64,000 nucleotides of DNA from a bacterium (GTDB lineage Bacteria; Patescibacteriota; Patescibacteriia; JAACEG01; JAGUWE01), in the NCBI GenBank assembly GCA_043798995.1, contig JAZDOD010000010.1:845-64844 (forward strand), written 5' to 3'. Numbering within the stretch: position 1 is the stretch's first letter; the number at the start of each line of letters is the position of its first letter. Positions 49,202 to 59,068 of this stretch are shown here, piece by piece. Below the pieces are notes generated by a model, which searched no databases, was not told the origin of the DNA, and saw only the letters and a list, made by a program, of their open reading frames with translations. Position numbers and translations under genes: made by a program.

Positions 49202-49942
49202 ATGTCCAAAAATAAACTTATTCAATACATCGTCCTAATCTTAGTCATTATTATTATCGGCGGTTATTTTGTTTGGCAGGGAAAATTTAAACAAGAACCA
49301 AATAATCAAAGCAATAGCACAAATCAATCCTTGGGCGTTGAAAGATTTTTTGAATTTAAAGTTTTAGACCAAACACTTTCAACCGAATTAAAAAATAAAT
49401 ATTATGGTGATTTTTCCCAAATGAAAGCGGTTTTGGAAAAGGATAATAAAAATACTGACGCTCTGAAAGAAATAGCCAAGATTAAAACATACATCGGCGA
49501 TTACGAAGGGGCCAGGGAGATTTATCTTTATGCCGAGGCAATTAGTCCTTTAAATTATACCATTCCGGCCTCACTGGCTGATTTATGCCACAATTTTATT
49601 AAAGATTACACTTGCGCCGAAGATGCTTATAAGAGAGCAATTGATAAATGTGTCGGCAAAACCGAAACCGACTGCAGTCTAATTTATATGAATTTGTATG
49701 ACCTTTACTATAACATTAGACATGACAATGCTTTGGCAGAAAATATTTTAAAAGAAGGTTTAGTAAAGCTGCCGGATAATGTTAATCTGCCGACAAGCTT
49801 AGCCAATCACTATAAAAAAATTGGCGATAATGCCAAGGCCAAAGAAATTTATGAGAAGATTTTGAAATTAGACCCAAAAGATGAAAATATTAAAGCGGTC
49901 CAAGAAGCGGTGAGAAGGGAGATGGAAAACTTGCCAAAATAA
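49202..49942 (+). CDS. Membrane-anchored TPR protein
   Basis: TM then TPR motifs GDYEGAREIY, LANHYKKIGDNAKAKEIYEKILKLDP. Confidence 0.8.
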   Translation: MSKNKLIQYIVLILVIIIIGGYFVWQGKFKQEPNNQSNSTNQSLGVERFFEFKVLDQTLSTELKNKYYGDFSQMKAVLEKDNKNTDALKEIAKIKTYIGDYEGAREIYLYAEAISPLNYTIPASLADLCHNFIKDYTCAEDAYKRAIDKCVGKTETDCSLIYMNLYDLYYNIRHDNALAENILKEGLVKLPDNVNLPTSLANHYKKIGDNAKAKEIYEKILKLDPKDENIKAVQEAVRREMENLPK

Positions 49943-49960
49943 TAAATTATCATTTTTCAA

Positions 49961-50120
49961 TATCATTGCGATAGCCTGTCCAAAAACTGTCATTCCGCAC
50001 TTGATGCGGAATCCAGAATATCTGAAATTTATCTTATTTTTCTGGATTCCTGCTCCCCGCTTTCGCGGGGACAACCCCGTATTTAATACGGGGCCTGCGG
50101 AAGCAGGGGCAGGAATGACA
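49961..50120. repeat. Composite palindromic element related to 584-737 and 36671-36816
   Basis: 71-bp inverted identity with 644-714; loop expanded by TCCCCGCTTTCGCGGGGA, CCCCGTATTTAATACGGGG and CCTGCGGAAGCAGG. Confidence 0.88.
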
Positions 50121-50128
50121 AGAAGTAT

Positions 50129-51376
50129 TTATTTAGAATAAAGTTTAATAGTTTTACTTAACATTTTTTCAAAACCAAATTCTTTTTCAAATTTTTCTTT
50201 CGCCTTTTGGCCAAAATTTTTCGCTAAGTCAGGATTTTCCAGCATCTGGCTTATTTTTTCTGCCAAAATTTCACTTTCTCTTGGCTGAACTAAAAAGCCG
50301 GATACCCCGTCTTCAATCATTTCCGAGATGCCCCCGACTCGGGTAGCGACAATCGGCAGCTCGGCTGCCATAGCTTCTAAAATAGTGTAAGGCAAGCCTT
50401 CCTTGACCGATGATAAAACAAAAATATCAAAGGCCTTAAGATATCTGTAGGCGTCAGCGATTTTTACTAACTTAAAATTATCTTGTAAATTTAGTTGGTT
50501 AATTTTTTTATTCAGAAATTCTCTTTGTTGACCTTCGCCAATCAAAACAAAAAGAATATCAGGAAATTTTTTTCTCACCAAATCAGCTGCTTTAATTAAA
50601 TAATTAAGTCCCTTGGTCGGATAAAAATTAGCGATCGTGCCAATGATTTTGAATTTTGAATTATGAATTATGAATTTAGAATTAATCATGTTTAGTAATT
50701 TCTCTCTGGCCTCGTTTCTTTCTAAAAATTTTAAAGTATTAACATCGATGCCGTTATGAATAGTAATTAATTTTTCCTCGGAAAAATTATTCTTTACGGC
50801 AACTTGCCGGTCAAATTCCGAAACGCAGATAATCTTGTCTTTAAAGAAAGCGGTAAATTTTTCCGCCCAAAAATAAAAAGTTTTCTGCCAGTGCGATAAA
50901 GGTTCGTTAAAAACCCAGCCATGAACGGTATAAAGCACATAACATTTAACATGAAACATGAAACAAATTTTAGCCGCTACAGAGCCGAGAATGGAAACTT
51001 TTGAACTATTAAGGTGGATAATGTCTGGTTTTTCTTTTTTGATTAATCTAACGATTTCTATTAACCCCCAAAAATCAGTCAAAGGGTTAATGGCTCTAAC
51101 CAGATTTTTAAGATAAATTGTTTTAATGCCTTTTTGGGCGAGTTTCTTAAATAATTCACCATTTTCATCTTCGCCGGCAGCCACCACTGCTTCAAAAAAA
51201 ATGTCATTGCGAGGACCCCGCGTAGCGGGGGATGTGGCAATCCCATTCAAAACTGAAAGAGATCCCTCGCCCTGTTTTGGCAGGACTCGGGATGACAGAG
51301 CGGTTGCCAAATCAAAAACATATTTCTGCGCTCCGCCCCACTCGGACTGGGTTATGATATATAATATTTTTTTCAT
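50129..51376 (-). CDS. Glycosyltransferase family 4 with in-frame repeat insertions
   Basis: GGAQKYV, HLNSSK, YTVHG, EGLPYTILEAMA. Confidence 0.92.
   Translation of the reverse strand: MKKILYIITQSEWGGAQKYVFDLATALSSRVLPKQGEGSLSVLNGIATSPATRGPRNDIFFEAVVAAGEDENGELFKKLAQKGIKTIYLKNLVRAINPLTDFWGLIEIVRLIKKEKPDIIHLNSSKVSILGSVAAKICFMFHVKCYVLYTVHGWVFNEPLSHWQKTFYFWAEKFTAFFKDKIICVSEFDRQVAVKNNFSEEKLITIHNGIDVNTLKFLERNEAREKLLNMINSKFIIHNSKFKIIGTIANFYPTKGLNYLIKAADLVRKKFPDILFVLIGEGQQREFLNKKINQLNLQDNFKLVKIADAYRYLKAFDIFVLSSVKEGLPYTILEAMAAELPIVATRVGGISEMIEDGVSGFLVQPRESEILAEKISQMLENPDLAKNFGQKAKEKFEKEFGFEKMLSKTIKLYSK
51202..51297. repeat. 96-bp TGTCAT..ATGACA element inserted in frame in the GT4 gene
   Basis: TGTCATTGCGAGG..GGCAATCCC spacer GAGATCCCTCG..CTCGGGATGACA; length is a multiple of 3. 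Confidence 0.85.
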
Positions 51377-51520
51377 AATTTTTGTACTGTAAATATCGAA
51401 TTTTCACCGCCCAGGATAGTTGACTTTTGGATTGATTTATAATACTATATTAAAACAAGTTTTTTTAATTTACAAGTTTTTCAAAGATTTAATTAAAAAT
51501 AACTTGCGCCTAAATTAAGA

Positions 51521-51548
51521 TTGACAAAAATTGTTAATTTGCTAAAAT
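51521..51548 (+). promoter_or_regulatory. Sigma70-type promoter
   Basis: TTGACA-N16-TAAAAT with an upstream TG. Confidence 0.55.
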
Positions 51549-51574
51549 AGTTAGATTTTATACAAATAACTTTT

Positions 51575-52963
51575 ATGGAAGAAACTATTAATAATTTTAG
51601 CCAAAATGATACGGAAGAGGACTCGCTTTTAAGCGAGAAATTTTATCGGCAAAAAAATCAGAATCCGGTTATAGATGAATTTTCCCAATCCCGAAAACCG
51701 GCCGTTTGTGTTATCGGTATGGGCTATGTTGGTTTTCCCCTGGCAGTTTTGGCCGCCAGCAAGGGTTATGAAGTTTTCGGTTTTGATACAGATACGGAGA
51801 AATTAAAATTAATTGATAAAGGGGCAAATATCGCCGGCGAGAAATATTTAGATGAGCTGATACCAAAGGCAAAGATCAATACCTTTCACGACCCGCGCTT
51901 GATGCGTATCTGTGACATTTTTATTATTTGCGTGCCAACGCCGGTTGACGAAAAAGCCCATCCGATTTTGGATTATGTGGTAAGCGCAACGCGCGCTATT
52001 GCCCAAAACGCAAAAAAAGGCGCTTTGGTGATTTTAGAATCAACCGTTAATCCCGGCGTGTGCGAAGGAGTTATCGGGCCAATATTTGAAGAAGCGGGCT
52101 ATAAGATTGGCCAGGATATTTTTATTGTTCATTGCCCGGAAAGGGTTAATCCGGGAGATGCGACTTGGAATGTAACTAACTTACCGCGCGTGATTGGCTC
52201 GCTTGATGATGCCGGACTTAAAAAAGCCATGGAATTTTATCAAAGTATTGTTGATGCTCCGATTATTGCTATGGATAATATTCGCGAGGCCGAAGCAGTT
52301 AAAATTTTAGAAAATTCTTTCCGCGACATTAATATTGCTTTTGTTAATGAACTGGCCAAATCATTTGACCGACTGGATATTGACATTACCAATGTCATTC
52401 GCGGGGCTGCCACCAAGCCGTTTGCCTTTATGGCCCACTGGCCGGGTTGCGGAGTGGGCGGCCATTGCATTCCTGTCGATCCTTATTATTTGATTGAAGA
52501 GGCTAAAAAAAATGATTTTGACCACAAATTTTTGCGCTCCGCCCGCAATATTAATAACAGCATGCCCGTTTATACCGTGGAATTATTGCAAGAGGCGCTT
52601 AACTCTATAGAAAAGTCAATTAAAGGCACTAATATCGGCATTCTGGGAGTTTCTTATAAAGCAAATATCGGCGATCTGCGAGAAAGCCCGCCTTTAAAAA
52701 TAATTGAACTTCTTAGAAAAAAAGGGGCAAATCTTCATATTTTTGATCCTTATATAGCAAAACTTTCTACAACGGGCAGCCTTGCTGAGCTTTTGCAAAA
52801 ATCAGAAGCGATCATAGTAGCTACCAATCATCGGGAATTTTTACAAATGCCGGTTGAAGAATTTGGAAATAACAACATCAGGGTAATTATTGATGGCAGG
52901 AATTGTCTGGATAAAAAGGCGATTAAAAAATTAGGCATTGTCTATAGGGGTATCGGCAGGTAA
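51575..52963 (+). CDS. Nucleotide-sugar dehydrogenase (WecC/WbpA-like)
   Basis: GMGYVG, CVPTP, ESTV, CPERVNPG, GVGGHCIPVDP. Confidence 0.93.
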   Translation: MEETINNFSQNDTEEDSLLSEKFYRQKNQNPVIDEFSQSRKPAVCVIGMGYVGFPLAVLAASKGYEVFGFDTDTEKLKLIDKGANIAGEKYLDELIPKAKINTFHDPRLMRICDIFIICVPTPVDEKAHPILDYVVSATRAIAQNAKKGALVILESTVNPGVCEGVIGPIFEEAGYKIGQDIFIVHCPERVNPGDATWNVTNLPRVIGSLDDAGLKKAMEFYQSIVDAPIIAMDNIREAEAVKILENSFRDINIAFVNELAKSFDRLDIDITNVIRGAATKPFAFMAHWPGCGVGGHCIPVDPYYLIEEAKKNDFDHKFLRSARNINNSMPVYTVELLQEALNSIEKSIKGTNIGILGVSYKANIGDLRESPPLKIIELLRKKGANLHIFDPYIAKLSTTGSLAELLQKSEAIIVATNHREFLQMPVEEFGNNNIRVIIDGRNCLDKKAIKKLGIVYRGIGR

Positions 52964-53089
52964 ATTTTTACAATTTGCTAAATTATTTTTAACAAAGTAT
53001 GATATTAATATCATACTTTAATTATAATATAATACTTTAGTAACCGGTGAGAGAGCTTTTTAGTTTTATTTTTTTTCTATATATTTAGT

Positions 53090-54049
53090 ATGAGCACTAT
53101 TCTTATAACCGGTGGCGCTGGTTTTATCGGTTCGCATGTGGCCAAAAAATTAATTGAGGAGGGCCAAGAAGTTATTATTATTGATAATTTTAACCAGTAT
53201 TATGACCCGCTTCTAAAAGAAGCCCGCCTCAATACTTTTCTTAAAGATTTAAATTTTAAACTTTATAGGATTGATATTACTGATTTTTCCGAACTTAAAA
53301 AAGTATTTTTGGAAAATAAATTCACTAAGATTTGCCACTTGGCAGCCCAAGCCGGGATTAGATATTCTTTGAAGAATCCCTTTTTATATGAGGAAACCAA
53401 TGTTCGCGGCATGCTTAATTTATTGGAATTGGCCAAGGATTTTGGCGTTAAGGGTTTTATTTATGCTTCCAGCTCCTCGGTTTATGGGGGAAATAAAAAA
53501 ATTCCCTTTTCAGAAGCCGATCGGGTGGACAAACCAATTTCTCTTTATGCCGCGACGAAACGTTCCGGCGAGCTTTTAGCTTATACTTATCATCATCTCT
53601 ATAAGTTGCCTTGCACAGGACTTCGTTATTTTACAGTTTATGGCCCCTGGGGCCGGCCGGATATGGCTTATTTTAAATTTACCAAAGCGATTTTAGATGG
53701 ACGTCCTATTGAAGTTTATAATTATGGCAAAATGAAGCGCGATTTTACTTATATTGACGATATAGTTTCCGGAACTTTGGCAGCTCTTGAAAGCAGTTTT
53801 TCTTATGAAATTTTTAATTTAGGCAATTCCGAGACAGTTGAACTTGAATATTTTATTTCGGTTTTGGAAAAATCTTTAGGCAAATTAGCCCAAAAAAAAT
53901 ATTTACCGCTTCAAGCGGGCGATGTGCCGGAAACTTACGCTAACATCAGCCAGGCCCAAGAAAAACTGGGCTATTGTCCCGTAACTTCAATTGAAGAGGG
54001 GATTGAGAAGTTTGTTGCGTGGTATAAAGAGTATTATAAAGTTAATTAA
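53090..54049 (+). CDS. UDP-glucuronate 4-epimerase-like SDR (CapI/Uge type)
   Basis: [37 protein letters not shown]. Confidence 0.9.
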   Translation: MSTILITGGAGFIGSHVAKKLIEEGQEVIIIDNFNQYYDPLLKEARLNTFLKDLNFKLYRIDITDFSELKKVFLENKFTKICHLAAQAGIRYSLKNPFLYEETNVRGMLNLLELAKDFGVKGFIYASSSSVYGGNKKIPFSEADRVDKPISLYAATKRSGELLAYTYHHLYKLPCTGLRYFTVYGPWGRPDMAYFKFTKAILDGRPIEVYNYGKMKRDFTYIDDIVSGTLAALESSFSYEIFNLGNSETVELEYFISVLEKSLGKLAQKKYLPLQAGDVPETYANISQAQEKLGYCPVTSIEEGIEKFVAWYKEYYKVN

Positions 54050-54059
54050 ATTATTTCTT

Positions 54060-55001
54060 ATGAAAAAAAGGAGTTTAGTCACCGGCGGAGCCGGCTTTAT
54101 CGGCTCTCATCTTTGCCAGCGTCTTTTGACTGAAGGCCAGGAAGTTATTTGCGTTGATAATTTTTTTACCGGCTCAAAGGAAAACATTGAACATTTAATT
54201 AATAATCCTTATTTTGAGTTTATTCGTCACGACATCACTTTCCCTTTGTATATAGAAGTTGATGAGATTTACAATTTAGCCTGTCCGGCTTCGCCGGTTC
54301 ATTATCAATTTGATCCGGTCCAGACGGTTAAGACCAATGTTCATGGTTCAATTAATATGTTGGGCTTGGCCAAGCGACTCAAAGTGCCGATTCTTCAGGC
54401 CTCAACTTCCGAGGTCTACGGCGATCCACTGGAGCATCCGCAAAAGGAAAGTTATTTCGGCAACGTCAACCCAATCGGACCGCGGGCTTGTTACGACGAG
54501 GGCAAACGTTGCGCTGAGACTTTATTTGCCGCTTATCATAAGCAGTATAAATTAGACATCAAAATTGTCAGAATTCACAATACCTTTGGTCCGCGGATGC
54601 TGGAAAATGACGGCCGTGTTGTTTCTAATTTTATAGTTCAGGCGCTGCGCGGCCAGGATTTGACCGTCTATGGGGGCGGGAGCCAGACCCGCAGTTTTAT
54701 GTATATTGATGATTTAGTTGAGGCGTTAATAAAGATGATGGCGGCAAAAAATTTTAGCGGACCGGTTAATGTGGGCAACCCTAAAGAAGTTTCAATTAAA
54801 CAACTAGCTGATAAAATTTTAGAATTAACCGGCAGCCCAAGTCAGATTGTTTATCAGCCCTTGCCACAGGATGATCCAAAAAGACGACTCCCTGACATTA
54901 GTTTAGCCAAAGAAATCTTGGCTTGGCAGCCAAAATGTGATTGGGTAGAAGGATTGAAAAAGACCATTGATTATTTTAAAGAAAAGTTAAAAATAAAATA
55001 A
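54060..55001 (+). CDS. UDP-glucuronate decarboxylase (UDP-xylose synthase)
   Basis: [48 protein letters not shown]. Confidence 0.92.
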   Translation: MKKRSLVTGGAGFIGSHLCQRLLTEGQEVICVDNFFTGSKENIEHLINNPYFEFIRHDITFPLYIEVDEIYNLACPASPVHYQFDPVQTVKTNVHGSINMLGLAKRLKVPILQASTSEVYGDPLEHPQKESYFGNVNPIGPRACYDEGKRCAETLFAAYHKQYKLDIKIVRIHNTFGPRMLENDGRVVSNFIVQALRGQDLTVYGGGSQTRSFMYIDDLVEALIKMMAAKNFSGPVNVGNPKEVSIKQLADKILELTGSPSQIVYQPLPQDDPKRRLPDISLAKEILAWQPKCDWVEGLKKTIDYFKEKLKIK

Positions 55002-56569
55002 TGAGAAAGATTTTAATATTTTCCTTGGCTTATTTTCCTTTGATTGGCGGGGCTGAGGTGGCAATCAGAGAAATTGCCAAAAGAAATCCGGAATTTGAAT
55101 TTGATTTATTGACCGCTAAATTCAAAAAAGAGCTGCCGAGACAAGAAAAAATAGACAATATTAATGTTTATCGCCTGGGTTTGGGAAATTATTTTGACAA
55201 ATATTTGTATTTTTGGCTTGCTTTTTTAAAAGCCGGCGAATTTAATCGCCAAAGAAAATATAATTTAATTTGGGCCATGATGGCTAACTACGCCGGGCTC
55301 TCGGCCCTTCTTTTCAAAAGAGCCCATCCGGAAATTAAATACTTGTTAACCCTGCAAGAAGGCGACAGCGAAGTTTTTTTGCGCCGCCGGACCTGGTTTT
55401 GGCAGCCGATTTATAAAAAAATTTATACCGAAGCCGATCATATCCAGGTGATCAGCAATTATTTAGCCAAGCGCGCCCAGAAAATGGGAGTTAAATGTCC
55501 AATTGATCTTGTCCCTAATGGAGTTGATTTTGAAAATTTTGCCAAAGATTTTTCAGAAGAAGAATTAAAAGAATTAAAAGCAAGCTTAAAAATCAAAGAT
55601 AATGAAAAAGTAATAATTACCGTCTCCCGTTTGGTTGAAAAAAACGGAGTTGATGATTTAATCAGAGCCATTAAAGAATTAAAGTTAAAAAGAGATAATT
55701 TGCCGGTAAAGTTATTGATTATTGGCGATGGCAAGGATAAAGATGAACTAACGGAATTAACTCGTCGCTTGGATTTAAAAAATGAAGTTTTATTTTTAGG
55801 CCAAATTGATCATTGGGCTTTGCCGCGCTGTTTAAAAATAGCCGATGTTTTTGTCAGACCTTCTCTATCAGAAGGGTTGGGCAATGTTTTTTTAGAAGCA
55901 ATGGCGGCCGGACTGCCAATAATCGGAACGCCGGTTGGCGGGATTCCCGATTTTTTGACCGACTACGAGACCGGACTTTTCTGTGAAATTCGCAATCCAG
56001 AGAGTATTGCCGAGAAAATATTAGAATTAATTGACAAGCCGGAATTAGCTCAAACCCTAACCAAGAATGGACAGAAATTAGTTTTGGAAAAATATGATTG
56101 GGATAAGGTTGCTGGGCAAATGAAAGAAATTTTTCTAAATGAGATTTATAAAGCTAACAAGAGCTTGATTGGCAGATTATTGGTCCTAACTTATTCAAAA
56201 ATACGATTTATCAAATATTGCGTTGTTGGCACCATTGCTGCCGCAGTGGATTTTTCTTTCCTTTACGTTTTAACCGAATTTGTTGGAATTTATTATTTAA
56301 TTTCTTCATTATTTTCTTTTATTTTTAGCGCCAGCACTAATTTCACGCTTAATAAATATTGGACTTTTAAAAATCAAAGTAAAGCCGTCACAGCGCAATT
56401 TACCACTTTTTTATTTATTGTTATAATTGGCTTAGGGTTTAATTTGATTTTAATGTATATTTTGACAGAGAAGTTGGGTTTATGGTATATGTTATCTAAA
56501 GCTATTACGATCGCCCTTGGTTTGTTTTGGAATTATACCGGCAACAAGCATTTTACTTTTAGAACTTAA
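55001..56569 (+). CDS. GT4 glycosyltransferase fused to a C-terminal GtrA domain
   Basis: EGLGNVFLEAMA; RFIKYCVVG..NFTLNKYWTF..WNYTGNKHFTF. Confidence 0.88.
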   Translation: MRKILIFSLAYFPLIGGAEVAIREIAKRNPEFEFDLLTAKFKKELPRQEKIDNINVYRLGLGNYFDKYLYFWLAFLKAGEFNRQRKYNLIWAMMANYAGLSALLFKRAHPEIKYLLTLQEGDSEVFLRRRTWFWQPIYKKIYTEADHIQVISNYLAKRAQKMGVKCPIDLVPNGVDFENFAKDFSEEELKELKASLKIKDNEKVIITVSRLVEKNGVDDLIRAIKELKLKRDNLPVKLLIIGDGKDKDELTELTRRLDLKNEVLFLGQIDHWALPRCLKIADVFVRPSLSEGLGNVFLEAMAAGLPIIGTPVGGIPDFLTDYETGLFCEIRNPESIAEKILELIDKPELAQTLTKNGQKLVLEKYDWDKVAGQMKEIFLNEIYKANKSLIGRLLVLTYSKIRFIKYCVVGTIAAAVDFSFLYVLTEFVGIYYLISSLFSFIFSASTNFTLNKYWTFKNQSKAVTAQFTTFLFIVIIGLGFNLILMYILTEKLGLWYMLSKAITIALGLFWNYTGNKHFTFRT

Positions 56570-56600
56570 TTTTAATAAACTGCCAGCGCCGCTTATCTTT

Positions 56601-57125
56601 ATGAAAAAATATGTTATTTTTTTGATTTTTTTGCCGATTTTATTTGCCGGCTGTTTAAATCAAGCAAAAACTAAAATGAGAGAATCTGTTCCTTCAACGG
56701 TCAATATAAATCAAACTCCCCAAGAATCAGGAAAAAAAGACATTAATTCCAACACCAACCAAGTCCTTCTTGAATATAATAACGTTAATCAGGATCAAAA
56801 GAACAACGAAAAAAAAGACATTAAAGTTAGTCTAATTTTAAAATTTGCCGGTCAGGAAGAAAAATATGATGAAAATATGGAGGCGGGGCAGACTGCTTTT
56901 GATCTTTTGGTGATGGCGGCGGCTCAGCATAATTTTTCGGTTAAATTTCAAAATTATCCCGAGATGGGAGTTTTTATTACTGAAGTTCACGGCCAAGAAA
57001 ACGGGCAAAGCAATAAATATTGGCAATACACCGTTAATGATCATTACGCTGAAAAAGCCGCTGACAAACTGGAGCTTAAAGAAGGAGACGTGGTTACTTG
57101 GGAATTTAAGGAGTCAAATTTTTAA
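56601..57125 (+). CDS. DUF4430-like lipoprotein
   Basis: Lipobox FAGC; GVFITEVHG..YWQYTVN..LKEGDVVTW. Confidence 0.8.
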   Translation: MKKYVIFLIFLPILFAGCLNQAKTKMRESVPSTVNINQTPQESGKKDINSNTNQVLLEYNNVNQDQKNNEKKDIKVSLILKFAGQEEKYDENMEAGQTAFDLLVMAAAQHNFSVKFQNYPEMGVFITEVHGQENGQSNKYWQYTVNDHYAEKAADKLELKEGDVVTWEFKESNF

Positions 57126-57133
57126 AAGCTATT

Positions 57134-57177
57134 TTGGAAACCAGGTTTCCAAATAATTACTTAGAAACCTGGTTTCC
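57134..57177. repeat. Paired GGAAACCAGGTTTCC palindromes (REP-like doublet)
   Basis: GGAAACCAGGTTTCC..AGAAACCTGGTTTCC. Confidence 0.65.
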
Positions 57178-57208
57178 TTTCGAGGATTTAATAATTTAAT
57201 TTAAACTT

Positions 57209-57739
57209 ATGAATCAAACTTTTAAATTGGGTCTGGCTTTATTTCTGGTTTTAGGAGCGGTTTTATTGCGTTTCTTGCCTCACCCGGCTAATTTTGCGCC
57301 GATTGCAGCATTGGCTTTGTTCAGCGGAGTTTATTTAAATAAAAAATATGCTTTAGTGGTACCGGTGGCAGCGATGCTGGTAAGTGATTTTTTTATTGGT
57401 TTTTATGATTGGCGGCTGATGAGCGTGGTTTATAGTTGTTTTTTAATATCGGGACTCGTTGGTTTATGGTTCAAGAATCATAAAAATTTGGCAACTATTA
57501 TTGGCGGAACATTAGTTAGTTCTCTGGTTTTTTTCTTGGCGACAAATTTGGCAGTTTGGGCTTTTTCTTCCTGGTATCATCATAATTGGCAAGGGCTGCT
57601 TTATTGTTACAGTTTAGCTTTGCCGTTTTTTAGAAATACAATGTTCGGCGATTTGTTTTACGTCGGCGTTTTGTTTGGTCTTTATGAGATGGTTTTGATT
57701 TTAGCTAAAAGGCAGATTTTAGCCAGAAAAACAATTTAA
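57209..57739 (+). CDS. DUF6580-like putative transporter
   Basis: RFLPHPANFAPIAALALF, FFLATNLAVW, ALPFFRNT..GDLFY. Confidence 0.82.
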   Translation: MNQTFKLGLALFLVLGAVLLRFLPHPANFAPIAALALFSGVYLNKKYALVVPVAAMLVSDFFIGFYDWRLMSVVYSCFLISGLVGLWFKNHKNLATIIGGTLVSSLVFFLATNLAVWAFSSWYHHNWQGLLYCYSLALPFFRNTMFGDLFYVGVLFGLYEMVLILAKRQILARKTI

Positions 57740-57831
57740 TTTTTTGAAGTTTAAAGAAAAAAAGTTAAAATCGAGCTAAAAGCTCGATTTTAAGTTGAAA
57801 AAAAGTCAGATTTAAATTAGAATGAAGATAT

Positions 57832-59046
57832 ATGAAAATGGTTATTGCGGCTGAGATTTTTCCGCCTGATATCGGCGGACCGGCAACTTATGCCCAAAAA
57901 TTAGCCGAGGAATTAGAAAAAAAAGGTTATTCGCTGACTCTTCTTTGTTATGGCGAAAAAACGGCTGAGCAATTTTCTTTTCCGGTTTTAAGAGTCAGTC
58001 GCCGGCAACCTCTTTTTTGGCGCTATTTTAACTATTTTTGGCAGTTATTGAAAGCAAGTCGTGATGCTTCCTTAATTTATGCCCAGGGGCCGGTGAGTTC
58101 TGGCTGGCCAGCTTTATGGGTTAAAAAATTACTCGGGAAAAGATTAGTAGTTAAAGTGGTGGGAGATTATGCTTGGGAACAGTGGCAAAACGAAGTTAAA
58201 AGTTTAAAGTTTAAAGTTAAAAGTCGCGATGAAAAATTTGAAAATTTAGAGGATTTTCAAAAGATTAAAGTTAGCAGCAAGATTGGCTGGTTAAAAAAAA
58301 TTGAGAGAAAAGTTTGCCAAAAAGCTGAGGCGGTGATTGTGCCAAGTTATTATTTAAAAAAAATAGTTGCTTCTTGGGGAGTTGATGAGAAAAAAATAAA
58401 AGTCGTTTATAACGCGATTGAAATTCCTGTGCCTTTGGTGAGTAAAAACCAGGCCAAGGAGCAAGTGAAATTAAATGGCGATTTAATAGTTTCTGCCGGC
58501 CGTTTAGTCAAGTGGAAAGGTTTTGAGGCGTTGATTGAGATTATGCCGCGCCTTTTGGCAGTCAATCCTAATTTTAAATTAATTATTATTGGTGATGGGC
58601 CGGAAAAAGAAAATCTTAAATCTCAAATCTCCCGCCTGTCATCGGCTTTGCCTCAGGCAAATGGCGGGCAGGTAAATCTCAAACTTCAAGAAAAGGTTAT
58701 TTTAACCGGCAAACTTTCTCAACCAGAAGTGATTTGTTATTTAAAGGCAGCTGATACATTTGTTTTAAACAGCGGCTATGAGGGTTTGTCTCATCTGCTT
58801 TTGGAGGCAATGGCTGTTGGAGCGCCGATCATTGCCACCAATATCGGCGGTAATCCGGAATTAATAAAGCACAATGATAATGGTTTTTTAGTTGAATATA
58901 ATAATAAGGAAGAGCTTTTGGACGCCATTATTCAGCTTTGGCGCGATAAAAATTTACAAAATAAATTTGTTAATAATTCCGAGGAGGTTTTAGAAAAGTT
59001 TAAATTTTCCAAAATGATAGAAGAAACGATAAGAATTCTAAAATAA
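57832..59046 (+). CDS. Glycosyltransferase family 4
   Basis: FPPDIGGPATY, GRLVKWKG, EGLSHLLLEAMA. Confidence 0.92.
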   Translation: MKMVIAAEIFPPDIGGPATYAQKLAEELEKKGYSLTLLCYGEKTAEQFSFPVLRVSRRQPLFWRYFNYFWQLLKASRDASLIYAQGPVSSGWPALWVKKLLGKRLVVKVVGDYAWEQWQNEVKSLKFKVKSRDEKFENLEDFQKIKVSSKIGWLKKIERKVCQKAEAVIVPSYYLKKIVASWGVDEKKIKVVYNAIEIPVPLVSKNQAKEQVKLNGDLIVSAGRLVKWKGFEALIEIMPRLLAVNPNFKLIIIGDGPEKENLKSQISRLSSALPQANGGQVNLKLQEKVILTGKLSQPEVICYLKAADTFVLNSGYEGLSHLLLEAMAVGAPIIATNIGGNPELIKHNDNGFLVEYNNKEELLDAIIQLWRDKNLQNKFVNNSEEVLEKFKFSKMIEETIRILK

Positions 59047-59068
59047 TTATTTTACTCGCTTTTGACTT

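Noticed and set aside
56570-56600. Cobalamin riboswitch before the DUF4430 gene
   Set aside because: Only 31 nt of intergenic space; CTGCC alone is insufficient
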